Part shown: positions 1 to 9,703 of the stretch, in pieces
Layout: every line of letters begins with the position of its first letter
Position numbering within the stretch: the stretch's first letter is position 1
Assembly: GCA_021613535.1 (NCBI GenBank)
Contig: CP075494.1
Location: 9,920,001-9,984,000, forward strand
Origin: Adineta vaga
Lineage: Eukaryota; Animalia; Rotifera
DNA: 64,000 nt
Direction of reading: 5' to 3'
Notes under the pieces: model-generated
Databases searched by the model: none
The model's input: only the letters and a program-made list of their open reading frames with translations
Told to the model about the DNA's origin: nothing
Position numbers and translations under genes: made by a program

Positions 1-1224
1 ACAGGACCACCAGCACCACTCTTTTTTGGAATGCCACCAAGATTTTCTGGTAAAACAAATGTTGATTGGACAGTTAAATATTATATGTGTAAAACAAATC
101 AACCACATCAAATAAACATGGGTGTACCATTTTATGGTCGATATTGGAAGAATGTTCCAAGTGAACCAATAGATCCCACAGATGGTATGAGGAGAAAATA
201 TAAAGAATTATTTAATTATTTGATATTTTCTGCTTTAGGTATGTGGCATAAAGCAAATGCTGTAAATGGTAAATTTGAAGGTGGTTATGCGCCATGGAAT
301 GAAATAAAAAGTTCTTGGTTAACAAATCCAGCTTATAAACAAGAAAATCATGAAAAATCCAAATCATCTTATGCTTATAATGCTCAAGAAGGTATATTCT
401 TAGGTTTTGAATCACCTGAATCATTACGAGATAAAGCAAAATATGCTGTGGATAAAAATGTTGGTGGATTAATGATATGGGCAATTGATCAAGATGATGA
501 TGATTTAACAATGATGAATATTGTATCAACAGCTCCATTATGTCAAAATACTGATCCAAAAGCAACATTTTATAAATGTTCACCATTAAAAGATGAAAAA
601 CGTTGGTGGACATTAGAAGATAGTGAAGAAAATGCTGGTATGTGCGGTCGATCAGCACCATTATATAGAGGTTATTATCCTGTTTGTGATCCTGATGATC
701 CGGGTTATAGTTGTTGTAGTCCTGAAGGCTTTTGTGGATTTTCTGATAAACATTGTAAAAGTCCTGGTGTTAATTATGGTGAAAATCCTGATTTATTAGT
801 TCAAGAACCTGTTCGTCCAACAATCAATCCTATTCTTTGGTATACACTCGATGCACCGGATGGTAAGCGCGGTCGATGTGGACGAGATGTACCTAAACTC
901 GATAATGGTGAATATCCAATATGTAATCCTGATGATGCTAATGCTCACTGTTGTTCAAATGGTGGTTATTGTGGAGCTGGTAAAGAATTTTGTGAATGTG
1001 AAGAATGTATTGATTTCAAAAACGATCCAAAGTTTCGATTCAAACCAAAACAATGGACTGATGATGGAAAATGTGGTAAAAATGCTCCACAAGTCAATGG
1101 TCAAATGGCTATTTGTAATCCTGATTCTAAAACAGCATATTGTTGTTCATCGTCAGGTTACTGTGGTTCAGGTGCTGAATTTTGTGATTGTGAAGGATGT
1201 GTCAATTACAAGAATAAGAACTGA
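1..1224 (+). CDS. GH18 chitinase, 3' part (5' end is outside the window), with C-terminal Cys-rich chitin-binding-like repeats
   Basis: Frame is open from base 1 (TGPPAPLF). GH18 C-terminal motifs MGVPFYGRYW and GGLMIWAIDQDD. Three repeats of G-x-CG...C.PD....CCS..G.CG...C. A 54-nt in-frame intron at 185-238 (GTATGA...TTTAG) is read through by the ORF track. Confidence 0.9.
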   Translation, partial: TGPPAPLFFGMPPRFSGKTNVDWTVKYYMCKTNQPHQINMGVPFYGRYWKNVPSEPIDPTDGMRRKYKELFNYLIFSALGMWHKANAVNGKFEGGYAPWNEIKSSWLTNPAYKQENHEKSKSSYAYNAQEGIFLGFESPESLRDKAKYAVDKNVGGLMIWAIDQDDDDLTMMNIVSTAPLCQNTDPKATFYKCSPLKDEKRWWTLEDSEENAGMCGRSAPLYRGYYPVCDPDDPGYSCCSPEGFCGFSDKHCKSPGVNYGENPDLLVQEPVRPTINPILWYTLDAPDGKRGRCGRDVPKLDNGEYPICNPDDANAHCCSNGGYCGAGKEFCECEECIDFKNDPKFRFKPKQWTDDGKCGKNAPQVNGQMAICNPDSKTAYCCSSSGYCGSGAEFCDCEGCVNYKNKN

Positions 1225-1873
1225 CTTTTTATGTAAATATTTTGTTTTTTATTAATAAAATTTCAAGAAAAAATTTACATTAAATTCATCTCGAACATTC
1301 CAATATAGTTAAAAATCATTGTAAACAAAATAAGTCTTGTATCAAATCTTTTCAATTAAATTTATGATGTTACACAAAATATTGTTTCGAAAAATAGAAA
1401 GCTTCATATTTGTCCACGCCCATGTTAATAGTCATAGTATTCATATTTACCTGTTACATTACTTGCGTTGTCTATGATATTTTATAACATGTGTTTCGTA
1501 CTTGTTTTCACCTTCATTGGGTACATATTATAAACATACTGAAATAGTTTTTTTTCTTCGTCATACATATACAGCGAGAATCGTTTTGATTTCTATAGTA
1601 ATATTCTTCTTCGAGAAATTCCGAAACGATACCTTTTATTATCAATTATAAAAATATCACTCGCCCTCTTTTTGCAAGTCATATTACAAAAAATAAATAA
1701 GCGAGATATTTTTCTTTTCTTCTCTTTTTTTTTAATTTAAGGTGATCAGTAATAATGCAAAGAAAAATAAATATCAAGGATATATTTGTATCAATACAAG
1801 AGAAAGAAGTCGGTTCGACATGGTCCATAACCACTGCCACATTGCTTCTTATTAATCATTCGAAAGAACAAAT

Positions 1874-2537
1874 ATGTATATTTCTGATACTGTTAGATTA
1901 AATCATCGAATTTATTCAGCATTACGTTGTGGAACGACTTATTTATTTTTCTTATTAATTCCATGCATTATCTGGAGTTTAAAATCAGCAGTGTCTTATG
2001 GAAGAATTGAAAATGTAATAAATAATCACAAGAATACAACATGTTTAGTGTTAAATTATACATTATTGAAACATGAATCAATGAATTGTGGTACTCGTGC
2101 AACGTACAAAACAAATACTTGTTTCGATGAGCATATTTTAGTCCAATATCGACTTGAGAATCAAAGTGATATCATAAGTACTGTGAAAATGATGAATACA
2201 CATACACTACATGATCGATCACAAGTAAGCAGAACTTATTTGATATGAATAGATGTGAATGAGAAAATGTTCTTTGATTTAGATTGGTCAGCGTAATGTT
2301 TGTTTTTATCATCGAACATCTGTGACTACTGTTGTATTAGAACTACCGAATGGCCTGTCATCATTGATTCAACTATTTCTTGCTATCGGATTGCTTGTTT
2401 CATTATTTGTGATCATCTCAATTGCTTTGCTCTTTATTCTAGTAAGATATCGCATCGGAGCTCACTTAACGCCTTCTACAAATTCGGACGATTTGATTGA
2501 TTTTCATTATTCAAATGTACAACAAACAGACTATTAA
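1874..2537 (+). CDS. Small two-transmembrane protein with a Cys-containing loop (topology like a BK-channel beta subunit)
   Basis: Exons 1874-2224 and 2283-2537 join in frame across a GTAAGC...TTTAG intron. Two hydrophobic segments flank a Cys-rich loop with N-glycosylation sites. Confidence 0.55.
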
Positions 2538-3362
2538 TTAACTAAAAGATGTTATTACAATGATTAGTATTATTTTTGATTGTTAAACAGTTGTTTTCCT
2601 TACTCTTTATTTTTTGTATAAATATACAAGTTACACAATTTCCTAGACATAAGTGAAATAACATGATGAATAATGTTTTTATCGTCATTCGTATCTAAAG
2701 TAATGCCTATCAAAATACGAAATTATCTTTTGTAATGATCGTATCCTACAAGAAAACCAACAAAAACTACAACGATTTCTTTGTATTGAGTAATATTATG
2801 TAGAATTTGAAGATATTTGTCTGTATGACCAGTGACAATGTGACTAATAAATAGATCAAAAATCAGATCTACACCCACACCCTCAAGATCATGCAGACGG
2901 TTGGAAACACCCGTCTGCCGGATTAGTTCTACCAACTAAACCACATCTTTTCAAATAGATAATTTCTTGTGCAGCAAACAACAATAAGCATCGTCATATG
3001 TGTCTTTCCGTGACGAACAGCCGTAGAACAATACTGTTGTTAACTGGTCGAAATATATTATGGTCATCTCGACTCCTCTTATTCTCTGTCACAGTGAAAT
3101 CATGAATGAAACTTTTTTCCACACTCGATTATTGATAGATTCGTATCAATCGTATAGGAGGATAGTAATGTTTATTGAACGAATAGTTTGAATTGCCTTA
3201 TACCACTAAATTTAAGACATGAAGATGAACTAATTTAGGGATATCGTATCCGCTGATATTATACTTCAAAATGTACAATTGATTTCGAACGTGTAACTCT
3301 TTTTTCTCACATATAATAATGTTGTTATTATGCACGGTATATAAAGTTCTCTTTGATTAATG

Positions 3363-3472
3363 AAAAGTGGTTGCTCTGGCAGATCAGTGTTGCCACCGAT
3401 CCGCACGATTTCGTCATCGCAACATGTATTTAATCCGTTAGGATATTTACCTCTTGGTAAGTTGTAATAAGC
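3363..3472 (-). ncRNA. Spliced-leader RNA gene, pair 1 left
   Basis: Reverse complement reads GCTTATTACAACTTACCAAGAG (3472-3451) | GTAAAT. This matches the bdelloid SL exon as I recall it (GGCTTATTACAACTTACCAAGAG). The donor sits in a UUACC-AAGA-GGUAA stem-loop. The 3' end is approximate. Confidence 0.9.
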
Positions 3473-3606
3473 AACTAGTTTGAGGGATGTGTAAAGCACG
3501 ATTCTTTTTCTGTCTCTACACATACGACTTTCGGGAGAACGGAAGGAAAAGTAAGATGTGTCGAGACAGCGTAGATGGCGTGCTCTAGAGACCATCGAAA
3601 CAAATT
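3473..3606. promoter_or_regulatory. Bidirectional SL RNA promoter, pair 1 (134 bp)
   Basis: Motif A (ATRTGTMRAGAC) at 3512-3523(-) and 3556-3567(+). Motif B (YGTRCT) at 3495-3500(-) and 3579-3584(+). Offsets are -51..-40 and -28..-23 for both genes. Confidence 0.75.
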
Positions 3607-3716
3607 GCTTATTACAACTTACCAAGAGGTAAATATCCTAACGGATTAAATACATGTTGCGATGACGAAATCGTGCGGATCGGTGGTAACACTGATCTGC
3701 CAGAGCAACAACTTTT
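3607..3716 (+). ncRNA. Spliced-leader RNA gene, pair 1 right
   Basis: SL exon at 3607-3628 and GT donor at 3629. The 110-nt unit differs from the consensus only by GCAA to GTAA in a tetraloop. Confidence 0.9.
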
Positions 3717-3984
3717 CATTAATCAAAGAGAACTTTATATACCGTGCATAATGACGTTACTAAATGTCAGAGAAAATATTCACGGATAAGTAAGTATAGC
3801 GAAAAAAGAAGAGCATTAATTATGCACTAATACAAATATAACAACAAGAAATTCATGAAAATATTACTCTCGGAGATTGATATTGTCTTTAATCTACATA
3901 GCTATTCGTAATCGCAACATAAATGGGGTTTGGTTGTCAAATGCTTCATCTGTTGATTGTCCCTCTTCATTTTCTGCTTCGCAT

Positions 3985-4008
3985 TGCTCTATCAGAGCAA
4001 CAACTTTT
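3985..4008 (+). repeat. Orphan fragment of the SL RNA gene 3' end
   Basis: CAGAGCAACAACTTTT (3993-4008) is identical to the last 16 nt of the SL unit. It is preceded by TTGCTCT, the reverse complement of its AGAGCAA segment. Confidence 0.55.
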
Positions 4009-4193
4009 ATCCATTAATATAGAAAGGTAACTGACTGTGTAGTACAAAATGAGATACGAAAATAATCACTAACATCAAACGTTCTATAACAGTGTTGCAG
4101 ACTGATGTCGAAAGCTTGCTTTCAAATCGGAATAATTGCCACAAGAAAACTCACATTCTTAAGAATTTTATCTTTTATTTCATTTATTGAAAG

Positions 4194-4303
4194 AAAAGTT
4201 GTTGCTCTGGCAGATCAGTGTTGCCACCGATCCGCACGATTTCGTCATCGCAACATGTATTTAATCCGTTAGGATATTTACCTCTTGGTAAGTTGTAATA
4301 AGC
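4194..4303 (-). ncRNA. Spliced-leader RNA gene, pair 2 left
   Basis: SL exon at 4303-4282 followed by GTAAAT; consensus copy. Confidence 0.9.
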
Positions 4304-4436
4304 AACTTGTCTTCACAGTGTGTGGAGCACAAACGTTTCATTGTCTCTACATATATGGTTTTGGAAGTCGTAAAGAAAAAATGAGATGTGTAGAGACAGC
4401 GTAGATGGCGTACTCTAGAGGCCATCGAAACAAATT
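4304..4436. promoter_or_regulatory. Bidirectional SL RNA promoter, pair 2 (133 bp)
   Basis: Motif A at 4343-4354(-) and 4386-4397(+). Motif B at 4326-4331(-) and 4409-4414(+). Same offsets as pair 1. Confidence 0.75.
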
Positions 4437-4545
4437 GCTTATTACAACTTACCAAGAGGTAAATATCCTAACGGATTAAATACATGTTGCGATGACGAAA
4501 TCGTGCGGATCGGTGGCAACACTGATCTGCCAGAGCAACACTTTT
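4437..4545 (+). ncRNA. Spliced-leader RNA gene, pair 2 right
   Basis: SL exon at 4437-4458 followed by GTAAAT. One-nt deletion near the 3' end (GCAACACTTTT). Confidence 0.9.
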
Positions 4546-5704
4546 ATAATTAAACATGAAAAAAAATTCAATCTGTAAAGGCTTCTTAACATTTGTTACG
4601 AGTTCTCAATAAAGCTGAGTGAATGTTAATGTGAACAAAAAGTGTCGACATAAATTTGGTTGAGAGTATGGAAAAACGCATTTCATCGCAGAACATGCAT
4701 TGGTTCATAAACGGTTTTTTCGAGTTTGAAGTAGTTGTGGATTTCATTTCCCGAAGCTTAAGTATGTCGCAACTGGTACACTTTTCTTGAGATCTTTATG
4801 GGTGTAATTAGCATTGTGACAAACAGAATCAGCGTTTAAAATATTAACATCAAACAACTGATAGGATACTAGTCTCAGTGCAGCTTTTTCTGAAACGAAC
4901 GAAAATGAATGGAAAAATTCGATGATTGTGCTCAGGTCGGAGTCGTCGTATTGGATGATTACGGTCTAGTCTAATTCCTCGAATATAATACGAGAACACG
5001 TTCTTGTGTGAAGTGGCTTCATATACTGTTGAGTGGTTGAAAGATGGATAAAATATTACCTATGGAACAATAAACTGTCCATATATTAGAAACTACTTAA
5101 TCATTACTACTGCCGAGAATCAATATATGAGATTGAGATCATACATTCGAAAGCTATGACTTTATTGTAATTCTTGAGGGTGTCTATCGAATGAAACTCA
5201 CGACTTTTTGGATATTATTTGCAAATTATCTTAGAGAAATACGAACCCGCTTCACCTACATGGATCCCATTTTTGGATGTTTCTTTTGTTTGCTCTGTGA
5301 GCTGTTCCAATTACTGTTTTTGATGCTTCAAGCGATAGAACACAAGGCAAGTATCGTTATGAATTTACTAAATCAAGGTGGAATACGATGTATTTTGAAG
5401 AAAACGTAAGACTCCCTCACTCGATCCCCCCATTGTTCTTGGCTACTTCGAAGCATTTATCATGTGATAATGATATATCCGCCAAGCAATGTTGCTTTGT
5501 TAAGGGAAAGTAATAAAATTGACATCTATTTAGATGAAAACTAAGAGAATAGTTGCATGGTGGTAGAATATTATAATGAGCGATTTTATTGAATCAACAA
5601 AACAAAACAAAGTATATTCATCCATTATATATTTTCTCCTATCACAACTGGTAGTATCGATACAATGATTGTACTTAGATTATCTTTTTGTATTTGATTA
5701 TTAA

Positions 5705-5814
5705 AAAAGTTGTTGCTCTGGCAGATCAGTGTTGCCACCGATCCGCACGATTTCGTCATCGCAACATGTATTTAATCCGTAAGGATATTTACCTCTTGGT
5801 AAGTTGTAATAAGC
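5705..5814 (-). ncRNA. Spliced-leader RNA gene, pair 3 left
   Basis: SL exon at 5814-5793 followed by GTAAAT. Single change UAAC to UUAC in the loop of the AUCC/GGAU hairpin. Confidence 0.9.
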
Positions 5815-5947
5815 AATTTTTTACGATAGTCTCTAGAGCACGATTCTCTTGCTGTCTTTACACATATGGTTTCGGGAGAACGGAAGGAAAAGTACGATGT
5901 GTAAAGACCAGGTTGATATCGTGCTCTAGAGACCATCGAAAAAAATT
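5815..5947. promoter_or_regulatory. Bidirectional SL RNA promoter, pair 3 (133 bp)
   Basis: Motif A at 5854-5865(-) and 5897-5908(+). Motif B at 5837-5842(-) and 5920-5925(+). Same offsets as the other pairs. Confidence 0.75.
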
Positions 5948-6057
5948 GCTTATTACAACTTACCAAGAGGTAAATATCCTAACGGATTAAATACATGTTG
6001 CGATGACGAAATCGTGCGGATCGGTGGCAACACTGATCTGCCAGAGCAACAACTTTT
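5948..6057 (+). ncRNA. Spliced-leader RNA gene, pair 3 right
   Basis: SL exon at 5948-5969 followed by GTAAAT; consensus copy. Confidence 0.9.
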
Positions 6058-6262
6058 CTAATAATCAAATATTGAACGAGAAGCTATTGTTTTGGAAGAC
6101 ATTGTTGATTTGATGAGTGCAGAATGAAAAAAGAAATGTAAAGTATACTAGCTAGATAGGATTCATATTTGTTACATCGTATAATAAATTTGCTTTGTTG
6201 TGTTTTTCTTGTTTCAATAAAAACGAGACGTGCAGTATTGTGGAAAGGACGTAAAGCATATG

Positions 6263-6329
6263 TTAAAGATTCAATGGCATTAGATGCAAACATTAAAGAT
6301 TCAATGGCATTAGATGCAAACATTAAAGA
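6263..6329. repeat. Perfect 30-bp tandem duplication (2.2 copies)
   Basis: TTAAAGATTCAATGGCATTAGATGCAAACA x2 plus TTAAAGA. Confidence 0.95.
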
Positions 6330-7091
6330 AACTGCGTTAAATGTCAAACTATCAGAGAAAGATTGGCTAGCTTCAAAAGATCTAGTAAATAATCCTAAAT
6401 TAAGTGTTGAACAAGTCAATAATGTAAATAGATTTGTTTGCAAATCTTCTCTGAATTCTCTTATAGGATTTCAGGAATTCGAGTAGATACTATCATTAAA
6501 AGTTTTATTAAAAGTAATGGTGTTGTACTAGTAAATAAAAAATTATTATTTTACACTGGTCGTAATTAAATTCGGAATTTATCAATTTATCGAGACAATC
6601 ATCAGTTGAAAATGTAGACAAAAGAATGATTTTAGAATATCTCGTCGGTCAAGGACAATATGTTCACTCCATGGATATACTGTCACTGATACAATCTTCC
6701 ACTAAATATAATCAACATATTGTTGATCAGCTTAAATCTTATATGTAAACAGTAAATACTATCGCATAGTTTGTCAAAGTTTTTTGCATTTACGATTAAT
6801 GAAAATATAATCATGAATACAAAAAAGATATATAAAGTTCTTTCATTGTCCTACAATAGATGAAATTTGACACAAAAAAAGAGTTTGCATGATTGAATTT
6901 TGTTTCTCTATTCAATATTATCTACATGTGAATTGTGGAAATAAATTTGATTCCATTCTAAAACTAATGTAGTCGTATTATGTTACTTATCTGTCTATAA
7001 AATATCTCATTACGAATCATTTTCGCGAGAAATGCAGTTCAGTATCGGGTGCATATTTTTTCTTATATTAAATTTTTCAAAAACAAATCAA

Positions 7092-8140
7092 ATGATTCTT
7101 GAAACTTCAGAAAAAACAAACAAAAGTAAATTTGATTGACAGAAAAAAAAACTTGATAATCAATTGTTTTAATTCATATAGATTCCAATATACTTCTAAT
7201 TAAAACTCGTGTGAATGAAACTTACTGTGCATGGTCTCCTCGTCCACCATGGAAACTTTGTAATGATCTTTTCAATGACAAACCATTCAATAATTCAGGT
7301 AGTATTACTTTTCTATTACCATCCTATTGAATGAGGAAGAATGAGGAAAAGAAATTTCCGGTGATCGATTTAACCTTCAATTTGATTTCCTTTAGTAGAA
7401 TATTTCGGTATTAATGAAGAAGAGCATCTAAATAATGAATCTTATATTGAAAGTTCAGAGATAAATGCATGTCATGAAATGAATATTACATTTTACTCGA
7501 GAATACGTCAAAGACAAATCAAAATGAATCTCAGTCTTTTTCTATACAATCAAAATAAATGGATTCGTATATGGGATTATGTATATAATGATTGTCAATG
7601 GATATTCCATCAACTTAACATCAAACTAAGCAATCAAAGTGAACAATATGTCAAAGTAAAACGAACATATTGATATGAATTTCAAAAGAAAGCCACATTA
7701 TCTTTCTTTTAGTTACGATTTATTCCCAGTTTAACTTCATTTAATAACATTTCAATGGCTATTGCTATACTCAATATGAGTAAATATACAAAATGTATGT
7801 TGAAGATTTCTTTTCATCTCTTAGGAATATACGTGTATATATATATATATTTTTTTTTGTTCTTTTTGAATAAGGTCATATCGACAAATCACAATTAAAG
7901 AGTCAAGCATCTGCCAAAAGCAATTCATCAAAATATTCATCTGTGTTGGTTCTAGTCGGTGGTCTATTTTCACTTATACTCACTGCAATTTTATTTCTAT
8001 TTATCTATGGTTTTATTGAAAGGCAATGTAATAGATTGGCTCGTCGACGAACAGAACGACGTCAACAAAATGCTCGTAAAACGAAAAATGCCATTAGAGA
8101 TGAATCAACTGTACTTAGTCTGGGAACACATCCTGTATAA
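7092..8140 (+). CDS. Multi-exon single-pass membrane protein of unknown family
   Basis: Short exons with GT-AG introns join in frame (7092-7125, 7182 onward). The last exon encodes a TM helix (VLVLVGGLFSLILTAILFLFIYGFI) and a basic stop-transfer stretch. The true start may lie further upstream. Confidence 0.55.
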
Positions 8141-9703
8141 AAGAATCGCATATCGAATGAAAGACTATTCATATGTATGACTTTTGTTTTCTTTTCTATA
8201 CTATACGTATAAAAGAACAACTTGTACAAAAAATTGCAAGCTTTATTTTAACCTCTCTAATATAACATTTACAAATAAAACAATTCACTATTCTCTATCC
8301 AATAGACTTAAAAGCAAACTTGAACATACTTCATTTGATTGAAGTTATATATGTATATTCGTTAAAATTGATTTCATCTGATGTACTTAGTTGACATGAA
8401 TATCTTTTTTTTCGATATTTCCTATCAGTTAAATCAAATGTATATGTATACGTTCATCTATCAATCCAATGTCATCTTTCTCTATTGCATAAGTGTAAAT
8501 CTTTCATTTCTTTGAAATATTCTTTATAACCGATAGTCAGTACTTCGGTCATTTTTTTCCACTTATCTACGTACAAATTCTCCCTCTCTCTCTCTCTTTC
8601 TCTTGTTTCAACATAGACATATATGTCATAACGACAACGGCGATGACAAGGTGTGTGTATGTGTTACTTACAGTTGAGCAGAAATAAGAGCAAAAAAATG
8701 GCGAGAGAAAGAGAGAATTGACCGGAAATTGAACGTGATCATGTTTATATTGCATAAGATTTACTTTTTTTTCTGTATAACATTTCTATCATTATTTTAT
8801 ATAAAACGTTGTTTTATTTCCTTGATTTTAACATTCAACATTAGTTTATGAACCATATGGTATCCTTCATCTAATCACTTGACAAACAGTGAAGAATAAG
8901 AATAAGAATGAAAAGATGAGTAGATGAAGTGTTTATTTCAGTTTCATTGCATTACGTTTATGAGATAGGACGTTATTGTATATCATCAAGTTAACGATAA
9001 ATATATTTGACAGGTTTCGTCAATGAGAAAAATAGGAGCAGCAAGAAAAAAGAGGTACTCACTCAGTCGTTTCTTTCTTCTCTTTTCTTGCGTCTCATTC
9101 TACTATACTTCTTTTTCTTTTAATGTTATTATGGCAAGTACACAATATAAGTAAAATGATTGAACAATATTTATCATTTCTCAATCGATCGAATTCGGGA
9201 TATATATTTATTTGGTATTCTAATCAGGCGATAGATTTCTCTTCAACTCTTCTCGATCGTCTAGTCTTTCGACCGCTCAACTAACTGACAGACATAGTAT
9301 GATGGTAAAAATTCACTTATATTGTATATAGATTCTTCTTTCCATTCCTATTCTCTCCTGTTTTTTGTTCTCGACAGCGTGTGTTGATGCTTCTCGGATC
9401 TCCGTCTTCACCAGCCATTTTTCTTCTTCGGAGAGCTAGAAAAAAAATGAAAATCGCTTCTTTCCCTCCTTTGGCTCCCATCTCTCTTCTCTTATTCTCG
9501 TTCGCTTTTGTGTTTAACTCTAATCATATGAGTATGTGTGGAGTAGTAGTAGTAGACGCACACACACACATATACACGCACACATACTCACAAACGTCGA
9601 CGACTTATCGTGTCATATTATTTTCAAAATAGATTTTAGATACGACTCCACATCATCATGTTAAGGAAACAAGAATTATTTAATTGATATTTTTATTATA
9701 AAA

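Noticed and set aside
185-238. Peptide MRRKYKELFNYLIFSALG as part of the chitinase
   Set aside because: It is a 54-nt GT-AG intron that happens to be in frame and stop-free.
3655-3705. Hammerhead ribozyme (GATGA...GAAA), as in Penelope/Terminon repeats
   Set aside because: The core would need CUGANGA plus stem II before GAAA. The sequence is GCGAUGACGAAA, and no reverse transcriptase ORF is nearby.
5235-5325. WIPFLDV in a short + frame, resembling a Penelope reverse-transcriptase motif
   Set aside because: An isolated 7-residue match in a ~30-codon frame with no other RT motifs.
3266-5990. ORFs 3266-3625, 4261-4455, 5688-5990 and 5772-5966 (MVSCNKQF..., LLITTYQEVNILTD)
   Set aside because: They are incidental translations of the SL RNA genes and their promoters, with non-ATG starts.
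3363-6057. CRISPR-like repeat-spacer array
   Set aside because: The repeats are 110 bp and inverted, the spacers are related to each other, and there are no cas-like genes in this eukaryotic context.
3327-6071. Foldback MITE, hairpin-RNA/pre-miRNA, or integron attC-like cassette interpretation of the three palindromes
   Set aside because: No target-site duplications or sharp ends. The arms begin precisely with the SL exon plus GT donor, and the inner symmetry is fully explained by two back-to-back promoters at fixed offsets.
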